Below, one piece after another: positions 33,981-46,335 of a stretch of 64,000 bases of DNA. This DNA comes from Heteronotia binoei. Its lineage: Eukaryota. Location: positions 248,001 through 312,000 of the forward strand of contig NW_026800229.1 in the NCBI RefSeq assembly GCF_032191835.1, given 5' to 3'. The notes beneath the pieces were generated by a model. It was not told the origin of the DNA and did not search any database. It was given only the letters and a program-made list of their open reading frames with translations. Within the stretch, counting starts at the first letter, position 1. Each line of letters opens with the position of its first letter. The translations under genes were made by a program, and so were the position numbers.

Positions 33981-34830
33981 ATGGATCAGGCCAATGGCCC
34001 CTCCAGTCCAGCACTCTGTGTCACACAGTGACCAAAAAACCCAGGTGCCATCAGGAGGTCCATCAGTGGGGCCAGAGAAGCCCTCCCACTGTTGCCCCCC
34101 CCCCAAGCACCATGAATACAGAGCATCACTGCCCCAGACAGAAGAACATAAGAGAAGCCCTGCTAGATCAGGCCAGTGGCCCCTCCAGTCCAACACTCTG
34201 TGTCACATAAGAACATAAGAGAAGCCATGTTGGATCAGGCCAGTGGCCCCTCCAGTCCAACACTCTGTGTCACATAAGAACATAAGAGAAGCCATGTTGG
34301 ATCAGGCCAGTGGCCCCTCCAGTCCAACACTCTGTGTCACATAAGAACATAAGAGAAGCCCTGTTGGATCAGGCCAGTGGCCCCTCCAGTCCAACACTCT
34401 GTGTCACATAAGAACATAAGAGAAGCCCTGATGGATCAGGCCAATGGCCCTCCAGTCCAACACTCTGTGTCACATGAGAACATAAGAGAAGCCCTGTTGG
34501 ATCAGGCCAGTGGCTCATCCAGTCCAACTCTCTGTGTAACATAAGAACAGAAGAGAAGCCCTGTTGGATCAGGCCAGTCCGACACTCTGTGTCACACAGG
34601 GGCCAAAACCCAGGTGCCATTAGGAGGTCCATCAGTGGGGCCAGGACACTAGAAGTCCTCCCACTATGCCCCCCTCCAAACACAAGGAATACAGAGCATC
34701 ATTGCCCCAGACATAAGAACATAAGAGAAGCCCTGCTGGATCAGGCCAATGGCCCCTCCAGTCCAACACTGTGTGTCACACAGGGGCCAAAACCCAGGTG
34801 CCATCAGGAGGTCCACCAGTGGGGCTTCAA
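33980..34830 (-). repeat. Mixed 67-bp and ~160-bp CR1-3'-end tandem units
   Basis: 67-bp units at ~34130-34570 flanked by the longer 3' UTR unit. Confidence 0.85.
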
Positions 34831-34989
34831 ACTCTGTCTCTGCTCCAGAAGAACAGGGTTCACCCAGCACCTGTTACTTCTTACTCCTTTTATTTTTAAT
34901 GTTTAATTTGATATGTTTTATTTATTGTTGTTGCAATGTTTTAATGTTGTAAGCTGCCCTGAGCCTGCTTTGCGGGATAGGGCAGGCTA

Positions 34990-35201
34990 TAAATCGCAAA
35001 TTGAATTAAATTTACCCAGAGACTGTCAACTGAGCTGCCATGCTCAGATTCATGCATTTCCTCACAAGTATGTGCCACCTTTACATATAATGCAACACCT
35101 CTGCCCTTCCTTATTTGTCTGTCCCTTTTAAATAAGTTGAACCCCTGAATCCTAATATTCCAAAGGTGGGTGTCATCCCACCAAGTTTCAGCAAGCCCCA
35201 T
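34990..35201 (-). mobile_element. CR1 ORF2 endonuclease fragment
   Basis: GLAETWWDDTHLWNIRIQGFNLFKRDRQIRKGRGVALYVK is the CR1 APE-domain motif. Confidence 0.8.
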
Positions 35202-35584
35202 TAGGCCATGGCCCCCTTCCTAAGAACATAAGAAGCCATGTTGGATCAGGCCAATGGCCCATTCAGTCCAACACTCTGTGTACACAGTGGCCAAAAAAAT
35301 TGTGTGTGTGTGTATATATATGTATATATACACACACACACACACACACACATACGTATACACACTGTGGCTAATAGCCACTGATGGACCTCTGCTCCAT
35401 ATTTTTATCTAACCCCCTCTTGAAGCTGTATTCCTGTATTAGGAATGAAAGAGAAATGTTGTGGATATGACTCTCCAATCACTCCAGTGGCAAATTCAAC
35501 AAAAGCAACATATTAAAAGAGAAACTGGTTAACGGAGCAGCACCCACTCCAGAGATGGGGTCAGGGGCCAGAAAGTATTGTGAT

Positions 35585-36193
35585 TTGAAAGCCACCTTAC
35601 GAATGAAGGTTGGCAAGATTATGCATGGGATGGAGAAAGAAGTCCTTTTTGTTCCTTTCTCACAATACAAGAACGCATGGGCATTCAATGAAATTGCTGA
35701 GCAGTCGGGTTAGAACGGCTGAAAGGAAGTCCTTCTTCACCCAAAGGGTGATTAACATGTGGAACCCACTGCCACAGGAGGTGGTGGCAGCCACAAGCAT
35801 AGCCACCTTCAAGAGGGGATTGGATAAAAATATGGAGCAGAGGTCCATCAGTGGTTATTAGCTACAGTATATATATATATGTGTGTGTGTATATACACAC
35901 ACACAAACATATATTGGCCACTGTGTGACACAGAGTGTTGGACTGGAGGGGCCACTGGCCTGATCCATCAGGGCTTCTCTTATGTTCTTATGTGACACAG
36001 AGTGTTGGACTGGAGGGGCCACTGGCCTGATCGAACAGGGCTTCTCTTATGTTCTTATGTGACACAGAGTGTTGGACTGGAGGGGCCACTGGCCTGATCC
36101 AACAGGGCTTCTCTTATGTTCTTATGTGACACAGAGTGTTGGACTGGAGGGGCCACTGGCCTGATCCAACAGGGCTTCTCTTATGTTCTTATG
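35585..36193 (+). mobile_element. CR1 3' end with 4 terminal 67-bp units
   Basis: ORF2 C-terminus (35610-35861), microsatellite, then units at 35925-36193. Confidence 0.88.
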
Positions 36194-36389
36194 AACAAAG
36201 ACCCTGCTAGGCACAGCCAGTTCCAGAAGGTGGCGCTGTAGGGCCAGGTTGCATGTGAGAAAGGCAGCTGCTACGTTTGCATTGAGGGTTCCTGTTTTTA
36301 TCCGTGGAACAGGTTTGTTTGTTTGTAGGTCTCTATGTTTTTATTGTATTGCTCAATATACATTTTCAAGAGATACAGAACTTACTGAA

Positions 36390-38058
36390 CGCGTTCTCCT
36401 TCACCCAAACGGTGATTAACATGTGGAACTCACTGCCACAGGAGGCCACAAGTATAGCCACCTTCAAGGGGGGTTTAGATAAAAATATGGAGCACAGTTC
36501 CATCAGTGGCTATTAGTCACAGTGTGTGTGTATATATAAAATTTTTTGCCAGTGTGTGACACAGAGTGTTGGACTGGATGGGCCACTGGCCTGATCCAAC
36601 AGGGCTTCTCTTATGTTCTTATGTGACACAGAGTGTTGGACTGGAGGGGCCATTGGCCTGATCCAACAGGGCTTTTCTTATGTGACAGAGTTTTGGACTG
36701 GAGGGGCCACTGGCCTGATCCAACAGGGCTTCTCTTGTATTCTTATGTGACACAAAGTGTTGGACTGGAGGGGCCATTGGCCTGATCCAACAGGGCTTCT
36801 CTAATGTTCTTATGTGACACAGAGTGTTGGACTGGAGGGGCCACTGGCCTGATCCAACAGGGCTTCTCTAATGTTCTTATGTGACACAGAGTGTTGGACT
36901 GGAGGGGCCACTGGCCTGATCCAATATGGCTTCTCTGATGTTCTTATGTGTGACACAGAGTGTTGGACTGGATGGGCCACTGGCCTGATCCAACAGGGCT
37001 TCTCTTATGTTCTTATGTGACACAGAGTGTTGGACTGGAGGGGCCACTGGCCTGATCCAACAGGGCTTCTCTTATGTTCTTATGTGACACAGAGTGTTGG
37101 ACTGGATGGGCCACTGGCCTGATCCAACAGGGCTTCTCTTATGTTCTTATGTGACACAGAGTGTTGGACTGGATGGGCCATTGGCCTGATCCAACAGGGC
37201 TTCTCTTATGTTCTTATGTGACACAGAGTGTTGGACTGGAGGGGCCACTGGCCTGATCCAACAGGGCTTCTCTAATGTTCTTATGTGACACAGAGTGTTG
37301 GACTGGAGGGGCCACTGGCCTGATCCAACAGGGCTTCTCTTATGTTCTTATGTGACACAGAGTGTTGGACTGGAGGGGCCATTGGCCTGATCCAACAGGG
37401 CTTCTCTTATGTTCTTATGTGACACAGAGTGTTGGACTGGAGGGGCCATTGGCCTGATCCAACAGGGCTTCTCTTATGATCTTATGTGACACAGAGTGTT
37501 GGACTGGAGGGGCCACTGGCCTGATCCAACAGGGCTTCTCTTATGTTCTTATGTGACACAGAGTGTTGGACTGGAGGGGCCACTGGCCTGATCCAACAGG
37601 GCTTCTCTTATGTTCTTATGTGACACAGAGTGTTGGACTGGAGGGGCCACTGGCCTGATCCAACAGGGCTTCTCTTATGTTCTTATGTGACACAGAGTGT
37701 TGGACTGGAGGGGCCACTGGCCTGATCCAACAGGGCTTCTCTTATGTTCTTATGTGACTCAGAGTGTTGGACTGGAGGGGCCACTGGCCTGATCCAACAG
37801 GGCTTCTCTTATGTTCTTATGTGACACTGAGTGTTGGACTGAAGGGGCCACTGGCCTGATCCAACAGGGCTTCTCTTATGTTCTTATGTGACACACAGAG
37901 TGTTGGACTGGAGGGGCCATTGGACAGATCCAACAGGGCTTCTCTTATGTGACACAGAGTGTTGGACTGGAGGGGCCACTGGCCTGATCCAGCAGGGCTT
38001 CTCTAATGTTCTTATGTGACACAGAGTGTTGGACTGGAGGGGCCACTGGCCTGATCCA
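36390..38058 (+). repeat. CR1 3' end followed by ~22 tandem 67-bp units
   Basis: FTQTVINMWNSLPQ remnant, then array from ~36555 to 38058. Confidence 0.92.
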
Positions 38059-38900
38059 TTCCGTCAAAGGTGCCACCTGGATGTTTCGTAGATACTCTTC
38101 CACTTTTTCTTTACTTACGTTCACACCCTTGAATAAATTTGCATAGTATTTAAAGAATTCTCTTTTAATTCCTTCTTGATCCGCTACTGTTTTCCCATTT
38201 GCCATAATTTTATTTATAGTCTTATTTTCTTTCTTTCTTTTTAATTGCCAGGCCAGGTATTTACCAGGTTTGTTTGCACTTTCAAACGATTTCTGTTTCA
38301 AATTTTTTAAATTCCATTCTAGTTCTTTATTCAGCAAATGTTTAACTTGGGATTGTAATATCGTAATTTCTTTTATTAATTTTTTCTTCCCTGGTCTTTT
38401 TTTTAAATCCTTTTCTTTTTTATTTATTTCATTTTGCAGTGCTGATAGCCTTTCTTCTCTTGCTCTTTTGTCTTTATTATTCAATGTAATTAATATACCC
38501 CTCATTACTGCTTTATAAGTGTCCCATACTGTTTGATACTTCATATCATCCGTTTCATTTATTTGGAAGAATGCTGCAGTCTCCTTTTCTAAAAATGACA
38601 CAGTGTCTTTATTTTGTAGTAAATCCTCATTAATTCTCCATCTTCTTGATTTTCTTTGCAATTTTGTGGACCAGCATATTGGATTATGGTCCGCCCAAAC
38701 CTTTGGAAGAATCTCAATTTTTTTTGTTATGAGGCCCAAGCCTTGGGAACCCCACAACATGTCAATTCTGGAAAAAGAATTATGCCTTGCTGAGAAAAAT
38801 GTATAGTCTCTTACCTCAGGGTTGAACTTTCTCCAAATGTCTTCTAGATTTTCCTGTTTAATCAACTCAAAGAAAGAATTGGGCAGCTTCCCTTCTTTAT
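38059..38900 (-). mobile_element. L1-clade LINE ORF2 internal fragment (endonuclease C-terminus and tether), open frame
   Basis: DIWRKFNPEVRDYTFFSARHNSFSRIDMLW...WADHNPI...WRINEDLL...WDTYKAVMRG...SANKPGKYLAWQLK; strongly A-rich on the minus strand. Confidence 0.88.
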
Positions 38901-38984
38901 CAGGGCTTCTCTTATGTTCTTATGTGACACAGAGTGTTGGACTGGAGGGGCCATTGACCTGATCCAACAGGACTTTTCACTGTG

Positions 38985-39990
38985 CCCCACCCTCCACGCA
39001 CCAAGAATACAGGTCATCGCTTCCCAGACATAAGAACATAAGAGAAGCCATGTTGAATCAGGCCAATGGTCCATCCAGCCCAGCACTCTGTGTCACACAG
39101 TGGCCAAAACGCAGGTGCCTTCAGGAGGTCCTTCAGTGGGGCCAAAACACTAGAAGCCCTCTCACTGTGCCCCACCCCCAAGCACCAAGAATACAGGTCA
39201 TCACTTCCCAGACATAAGAGAAGCCATGTTGGATCAGGCCAGTGGCCCATCCAGTCCCACACTCTGTGTCACACAGTGGCCAAAAAACCCAGGTGCCATC
39301 AGGAGGTCCACTAGTGGGGCCAGAACTCCAGAAGCCATCCCACTGTGGCCCCCCCAAGCACCAAGAATACAAAGCATCCCTTCCCCAGACGTAAGAGAAG
39401 CCCTGTTGGATCAGACCAATGGCCCATCCAGTCCAACACTCTGTGTCACACAGGGGCCCAAAAACTTAGGTGCCACCAGGAGATCCATCAGTGGGGCCAC
39501 TATAAGCCCTCACACTGTGCCCCCCTCCCAAGCACCAAGAATACAGAGCATCACTGCCCCAGACATAAGAACATAAGAGAAGTCATGCTGGATCAGGCCA
39601 GTGGCCCCTCCAGTCCAACACTCTGTGTCACATAAGAACATAAGAGAAGCCCTGTTGGATCAGGCCAGTGGCCCCTCCAGTCCAACACTCTGTGTCACAT
39701 AAGAACATATGAGAAGCCATGTTGGATCAGGCCAGTGGCCCCTCCAGTCCAACACTCTGTGTCACATAAGAACATAAGAGAAGCCATATTGGATCAGGCC
39801 AGTGGCCCATCCAGTCCAACACTCTGCGTCTCATAAGAACATAAGAGAAGCCCTGTTGGATCAGGCCAGTGACTCATCCAGTCCAACACTCTGTGTCACA
39901 CAGGGGCCAAAAAAACACGTGCCATCAGGAGGTCCACCAGTGGGGCCAGGACACTAGAAGCCCTCCCACTGTTGCCCCCCCACCAAGTTC
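38985..39990 (-). repeat. CR1 3' UTR ~160-bp tandem units plus 67-bp units
   Basis: Longer units at 38985-39570 and 39890-39990; 67-bp units at ~39570-39890. Confidence 0.85.
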
Positions 39991-40559
39991 GCTGCAACTT
40001 CATGGTTCGTGTGCACATACACACGCACACACGATTGGTGAGATGATAGAAGTTAATGAGATTATTCATGGGGTGAAGAACATGGATCAAAGACCTTTTC
40101 CTCCCACTTCCATAATAGTAGAATTTGTGGGCACTGGATGAAGTTCATCAGCTTCTTGTTCAGGGCAGGCAAAAGGCAATACTTCTTCTCTCAGTGAGTA
40201 ATTGCCAAAGGATGTAGTGATGGCCATGAGCACAGACAGCTTTCAAAGGGTTTCAGAGAGCTTGAAGAGGGAGAGGTCCATCAGGGGCCACTAGCCTTGG
40301 CCAGAGCCAGAACACAACCCTGGGGAAGGCCTTGGCCTCCATGCCCTGTTGTTGGCCCTCCAGAGGCTCAGCAAAGGTGGCTTCCCTGAGCTTGTGAGTG
40401 TTGCTGAGCCCAAGGCCGTTTGCCTTGCCAGTATCTCCAACGCCCCCCAGCCATCTGCTTGGATCTAGAGGGGTGCCTCAAGCATTCCCTGCAATCGTGG
40501 CTCAGCAGATTTCGTTTCTGTGGTGTCAGAATCCAAGCACCGCCTGGGCGAGCCCCAGG

Positions 40560-40700
40560 GCAGGGGCTTTATCTCAAGCGGAGAAAAGGGTCTGCCTGAA
40601 GCCAGCTAAGGTATCAGAGGAGCCAGGCATGACTCAGCTGTGACTCAGCAGAACGGGAGGCAGGGCAAAAGTGCAGAGTCATGGCACATGCAGCTCACCC
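40560..40700. promoter_or_regulatory. Candidate erythroid enhancer (LCR HS2-like): tandem NF-E2/MARE plus GATA
   Basis: ATGACTCAGCTGTGACTCAGCA at 40629-40650 (reverse TGCTGAGTCACAGCTGAGTCAT); TTATCT at 40569-40574; unique, non-repeat DNA. Confidence 0.55.
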
Positions 40701-41199
40701 AGCCCCTGTTTGGGAGGGATGTCTTCCTCCAGCTGCTCTTTGCAAGCCCTTTTGGCTAGCAGAAGGCAGGGGAGGGAGGGGAGAGAGCTCCATTACAGAG
40801 GAAGGGGACTGACATTTGCTATTGGGCTCTTTTAGCAACATTCATGGCCTCCTCTGATTCTAGGAGGTGTTCTCTGCCCAAACCCTCTTTTGGTGAGGGG
40901 CAGAGAAAGACTACCCTACAGGAAGGTCCATGAGCACCTTAGTGACCAGCAGGGTCCATGAGTACATTAGTGACCAGCAGCAAGAATTTCAGGGGCAACA
41001 ACAGGGCAGTGAGGCCAAGGCCTTCCCCTGAGCAGAACATCAGAAGAGCCCTGCTGGGTCAGACCAGTGAGGGTCAACCTAGTCCAGCCTTCTGTCTCAC
41101 ACAGTGGGCAGCCAGTTCCTCTGGAGGGCCAACAACAGGGCAGAGAGGCTGAGGCCTTCCCCTGAGAAGAACATCAGAAGAGCCCTGCTGGGTCAGAGC

Positions 41200-43187
41200 A
41201 ATGGCCCATCCAGTCCAACACTCTGTATCACATAAGAACATAAGAGAAGCCCTGTTGGATCAGGCCAGTGGCCTTTCCAGTCCAACACTCTGTGTCACAT
41301 AAGAACGTAAGAGAAGCCCTGTTGGATCAGGCCAGTGGCCCCTCCAGTCCAACACTCTGTGTCACATAAGAACATAAGAGAAGCCTTGTTGGATCAGGCC
41401 AGTGGCCCCTCCAGTCCAACACTCTGTGTCACATAAGAACATAAGAGAAGCCCTGTTGGATCAGGCCACTGGCCCCTCCAGTCCAACACTCTGTGTCACA
41501 TAAGAACATAAGAGAAGCCCTGATGGATCAGGCCAATGGCCCCTCCAGTCCAACACTCTGTGTCACATGAGAACATAAGAGAAGCCCTGTTGGATCAGGC
41601 CAATGGCCCCTCCAGTCCAACACTCTGTGTCACATAAGAACATAAGAGAAGCCCTGTTGGATCAGGCCAGTGGCCCCTCCAGTCCAACACTCTGTGTCAC
41701 ATAAGAACATAAGAGAAGCCCTGTTGGATCAGGCCAATCGCCCCTCCAGTCCAACACTCTAGGTCACATAAGAACATAAGAGAAGCCCTGTTGGATCAGG
41801 CCAGTGGCCCCTCCAGTCCAACACTCTGTGTCACATAAGAAAAAAAGAGAAGCCCTGTTGGATCAGGCCAATGGCCCCTCCAGTCCAACACTCTGTGTCA
41901 CAGGAGAACATAAGAGAAGCCCTGTTGGATCAGGCCAATGGCCCCTCCAGTCCAACACTCTGTGTCACATAAGAACATAACAGAAGCCGTGTTGGATCAG
42001 GCCAGTGGCCCCTCCAGTCCGACACTCTGGGTCACATAAGAACATAAGTGAAGCCCTATTGGATCAGGCCAGTGGCCCACCCAGTCCAACACTCTGTGTC
42101 ACATAAGAGAAGCCATGTTGAATCAGGCCAGTGGCCCCTCAAGTCCAACACTCTGTGTCACATAAGAACAAAAGAGAAGCCCTGTTGGATCAGGCCAATG
42201 GCCCCTCCAGTCCAACACTCTGTGTCACATAAGAACATAAGAGAAGCCCTGTTGGATCAGGCCAGTGGCCCCTCCAGTCCAACACTCTGTGTCACATAAG
42301 AACATAAAAGAAGCCCTGTTGGATCAAGCCAATGGCCCCTCCAGTCCAACACTCTGTGTCACATAAGAACATAAGAGAAGCCCTGTTGGATCAGGCCAGT
42401 GGCCCCTCCAGTCCAACATTCTGTGTCACATAAGAACATAAGAGAAGCCCTGTTGGATCAGGCCAGTGGCCCCTCCAGTCCAACACTCTGTGTCACATAA
42501 GAACATAAAAGAAGCCCTGTTGGATCAGGCCAATGGCCCCTCCAGTCCAACACTCTGTGTCACATAAGAACATAAGAGAAGCCCTGTTGGATCAGGCCAG
42601 TGGGCCCTCCAGTCCAACACTCTGTGTCACATAAGAACATAAGAGAAGCCCTGTTGGATCAGGCCAATGGCCCCTCCAGTCCAACACTCTGTGTCACATA
42701 AGAACATAAGAGAAGCCCTGTTGGATCAGGCCAGTGGCCTCTCCAGTCCAACACTCTGTGTCACATAAGAACATAAGAGAAGCCATGTTGGATCAGGCCA
42801 ATGGCCCCTGCAGTCCAACACTCTGTGTCACATAAGAACATAAGAGAAGCCCTGTTGGATCAGGCCAGTGGCCCCTCCAGTCCAACACTCTGTGTCACAT
42901 AAGAACATAAGAGAAGCCCTGTTGGATCAGGCCACTGGCCCCTCCAGTCCAACACTCTGTGTCACATAAGAACATAAGAGAAGCCCTGTTGGATCAGGCC
43001 AGTGGCCCATCCAGCCCAACACTCTGTGTCACATAAGAACATAAGAGAAGCCCTGTTGGATCAGGCCACTGGCCCCTCCAGTCCAACACTCTGTGTCACA
43101 TGAGAACATAAGAGAAGCCCTGTTGGATCAGGCCAATGTCCCCTCCAGTCCAACACTCTGTGTCACATAAGAACATAAGAGAAGCCC
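41200..43187 (-). repeat. 67-bp CR1-3'-end tandem array (~29 units)
   Basis: Same unit in reverse orientation. Confidence 0.95.
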
Positions 43188-43269
43188 TGGTTTGGCCACT
43201 CCTGCACGAGCCGCAAACACGTGTGTCGCTTGTGCATTGTGGCTGAAGAATGTGGACCTGAATGCCTGG

Positions 43270-43600
43270 ACACATTGAAGCTGCCTTGCACTGAAGGAGA
43301 CCCTTGGTCCATCCAGGGCAGTGTTGTCTACTCAGACCAGCACCAGCCCTCCAGGGTCTCAGCAGGCAGAGAGAGGTCTTCACAGCACCTGCTGCCTGGT
43401 TCCTCCAACTGGAGATGCTGCTGGGGATCGAACCTGGAACCTTCTGCATGCCAAGCAGCTCTGGCAGCGACACTCAGGAGGAAATCTTTCCCATCCCCTC
43501 CTGCCTGGTCCTTTTAACTGGAGATGCTCCTGGGGATTGAACTGGGGACCTTCTGCATGCCAGGCAGAGGCTCTGCCATTGAGCTGTGGCCTGTCCCTGA
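43270..43600 (-). mobile_element. Squam2-type tRNA-derived SINE with duplicated head
   Basis: CTGGAGATG...GGGGATTGAACTGGGGACCTTCTGCATGCCAGGCAGAGGCTCTGCCATTGAGC (reverse tRNA head) and TGAAGCTGCCTT tail. Confidence 0.7.
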
Positions 43601-43732
43601 ACCTCAAACACCAGAAAGGCCCTGAGGAAATGGAGGCCGGAGTCCTGAGGCTCATAGCAGGACGGATGGAAGAAAAGGGCTTCCGAGGATTTGATCCTGC
43701 CTGAACCTTCTGCGCGGTTGGGCCTAGAAGAA

Positions 43733-45575
43733 GAAGAAGATATTGGATTTATATCCCACCCTATACTCTGAATCTCAGAGTTTCAGAGCGGTCACAATCT
43801 CCTTTACCTTCCCCCCCCCTTTACAACAGACACCCTGACTCTGAGCTCTGACAGAAACTGCCCTTTCAAGGGCAACTCCTGCGAATGCTCTGGCTAACCC
43901 AAGGCCATTCCAGCAGGTGCAAGTGGAGGAGGGGGGAATCAAACCCGGTTCTCCCAGATAAGAGAGTTCTGGCTGACCCAAGGCCATTCCAGCAGGTGCA
44001 AGTGGAGGAGTGGGGAATCAAACCCGGTTCTCCCAGATAGGAGAGCTCTGGCTGACCCAAGGCCATTCCAGCAGGTGCAAGTGGAGGAGTGGGAAATCAA
44101 ACCCGGTTCTCCCAGATAGGAGAGCTCTGGCTGACCCAAGGCCATTCCAGCAGCTGCAAGTGGAGGAGTGGGAAATCAAACCCGGTTCTCCCAGATAGGA
44201 GAGCTCTGGCTGACCCAAGGCCTTTCCAGCAGCTGCAAGTGGAGGAGTGGGGAATCAAACCTGGTTCTCCCAGAGAAGAGAGCTCTGGCTGACCCAAGGC
44301 CATTCCAGCAGGTGCAAGTGGAGGAGTGGGGAATCAAACCCGGTTCTCCCAGATAAGAGATCTCTGGCTGACCCAAGGCCATTCCAGCAGGTGCAAGTGG
44401 AGGAGTGGGGAATTAAACCCGGTTCTCCCAGATAGGAGAGCTCTGGCTGACCCAAGGCCATTCCAGCAGGTGCAAGTGGAGGAGTGGGGAATCAAACCTG
44501 GTTCTCCCAGATAAGAGAGCTCTGGCTGACCCAAGGCCATTCCAGCAGGTGCAAGTGGAGAAGTGGGGAATCAAACCCGGTTCTCCCAGATAAGAGATCT
44601 CTGGCTGACCCAAGGCCATTCCAGCAGGTGCAAGTGGAGGAGTGGGGAATCAAACCCGATTCTCCCAGATAAGAGTGCTCTCGCTAACCCAAGGCCATTC
44701 CAGCAGGTGCAAGTGGAGGAGGGGGGGAATCAAACTCAGTTCTCCTAGATAAGAGAGCTATGGCTGACCCAAGGTTATTCCAGCAGGTGCAAGTGGAGGA
44801 GTGGGGAATCAAACCGGATTCTCCCAGATAAGAGAGTTCTGGCTGACCCAAGGCCATTCCAGCAGGTGCAAGTGGAGGAGTGGGGAATCAAACCCGGTTC
44901 TCCCAGATAGGAGAGCTCTGGCTGACCCAAGGCCATTCCAGCAGCTGCAAGTGGAGGAGTGGGGAATCAAACCTGGTTCTCCCAGATAAGAGAGCTCTGG
45001 CTGACCCAAGGCCATTCCAGCAGGTGCAAGTGGAGGAGTGGGGAATCAAACCCGGTTCTCCCAGATAAGAGATCTCTGGCTGACCCAAGGCCATTCCTGC
45101 AGGTGCAAGTGGAGGAGTGGGGAATCAAACCCGATTCTCCCAGATAAGAGTGCTCTCGCTAACCCAAGGCCATTCCAGCAGGTGCAAGTGGAGGAGGGGG
45201 GGAATCAAACTCAGTTCTCCTAGATACGAGAGCTATGGCTGACCCAAGGTTATTCCAGCAGGTGCAAGTGGAGGAGTGGGGAATCAAACCGGATTCTCCC
45301 AGATAAGAGAGTTCTGGCTGACCCAAGGCCATTCCAGCAGGTGCAAGTGGAGGAGTGGGGAATCAAACCCGGTTCTCCCAGATAGTAGAGCTCTGGCTGA
45401 CCCAAGGCCATTCCAGCAGGTGCAAGTGGAAGAGTGGGGAATCAAACCCGGTTCTCCCTGATAAGAGAGCTATGGCTGACCCAAGGCCATTCCAGCAGGT
45501 GCAAGTGGAGGAGGGGGGAATCAAACCCGGTTCTCCCATAGAAGAGTCTGCACACTTCACCACTACACCAAACTG
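43733..45575 (-). repeat. Squam3-type SINE with internal 79-bp tandem array (~21 units) including a 475-bp hexamer duplication
   Basis: 79-bp periodicity; variant GTGCTCTCGCTAACCC recurs 475 bp apart; SINE head at ~45570, (GAA)n tail at ~43735. Confidence 0.92.
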
Positions 45576-45819
45576 GTCTCTGGGCCATTTCCCAGCTGCA
45601 GGTGGGTCACTCTTGGGATCAGCAGAGTTCCCGAGAGGGAATCCACTGCCACATCTCCTCACAGCCCTCTCTGGGAAGGAAGCCTCCTCACAGAACAAAG
45701 GTAAAGCCCGTGGGAGTCTGTGGGCAGCCCCCCTTCCTTCTCTCCCCTCTCCCCCCGCCCCCCGCACAGGGCAGAGGCCCCCCCAGAGGCTGCCCCGCAG
45801 CAATGCCCTCCTTCCCATC

Positions 45820-45920
45820 TCCTTTATCACAGCCTCCAGGGAGGGGGGGTGGTGGCTTCTATCAGGCCTCTGGGCCACAGGGCATGGGTGGGCCCTTCAG
45901 CTGCCTCAGCCAGATAGGGG
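45820..45920. promoter_or_regulatory. Candidate erythroid enhancer (LCR HS3-like): alternating GATA and CACC/GT boxes
   Basis: WGATAR at 45824-45829, 45859-45864 and 45912-45917; GGGTGG at 45847-45852 and 45886-45891. Confidence 0.5.
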
Positions 45921-46335
45921 AGGGAGCCCAGGGCCGCAGGGCGCATCTGGAAAAGGCAGCAGACCAAAGCGATGCAGCCAAGAAGACGTGAGCTGCGAGT
46001 GGGAAGGAAGGAAGAGGAGGACTCCCCCAAGCGAGGCGGCCCCTCCGTGGTCCCCAGGAAGGCTGCTTGTGCCACCGGGCAGCCTGAGAGGTTTCCGGAC
46101 TGCCTGGGCTTGCGTCGGGTCTGCTGCAGCTTCTGGCTGCCGAGAGGCCGGGGGGGCAGACATCAGAGAGCCAGAGCTCCTCCCCCCCTCCCAACCCAGC
46201 ATCCTGTCTCGGGGGCTGCTGGCCTGTTCATGGGTCTGAACATGCACCACTTCCTGAGCTTCAGAGCAAAAGGAGGATTTGAACCCAGGGCTTCCTTGGC
46301 CAAGGCTGTCACATTGCTTAAGACTGGCTCACTTC

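Noticed and set aside
43775-45461. Repeated ORFs [15 protein letters not shown] and [13 protein letters not shown]
   Set aside because: Translations of the 79-bp SINE-derived array on both strands.
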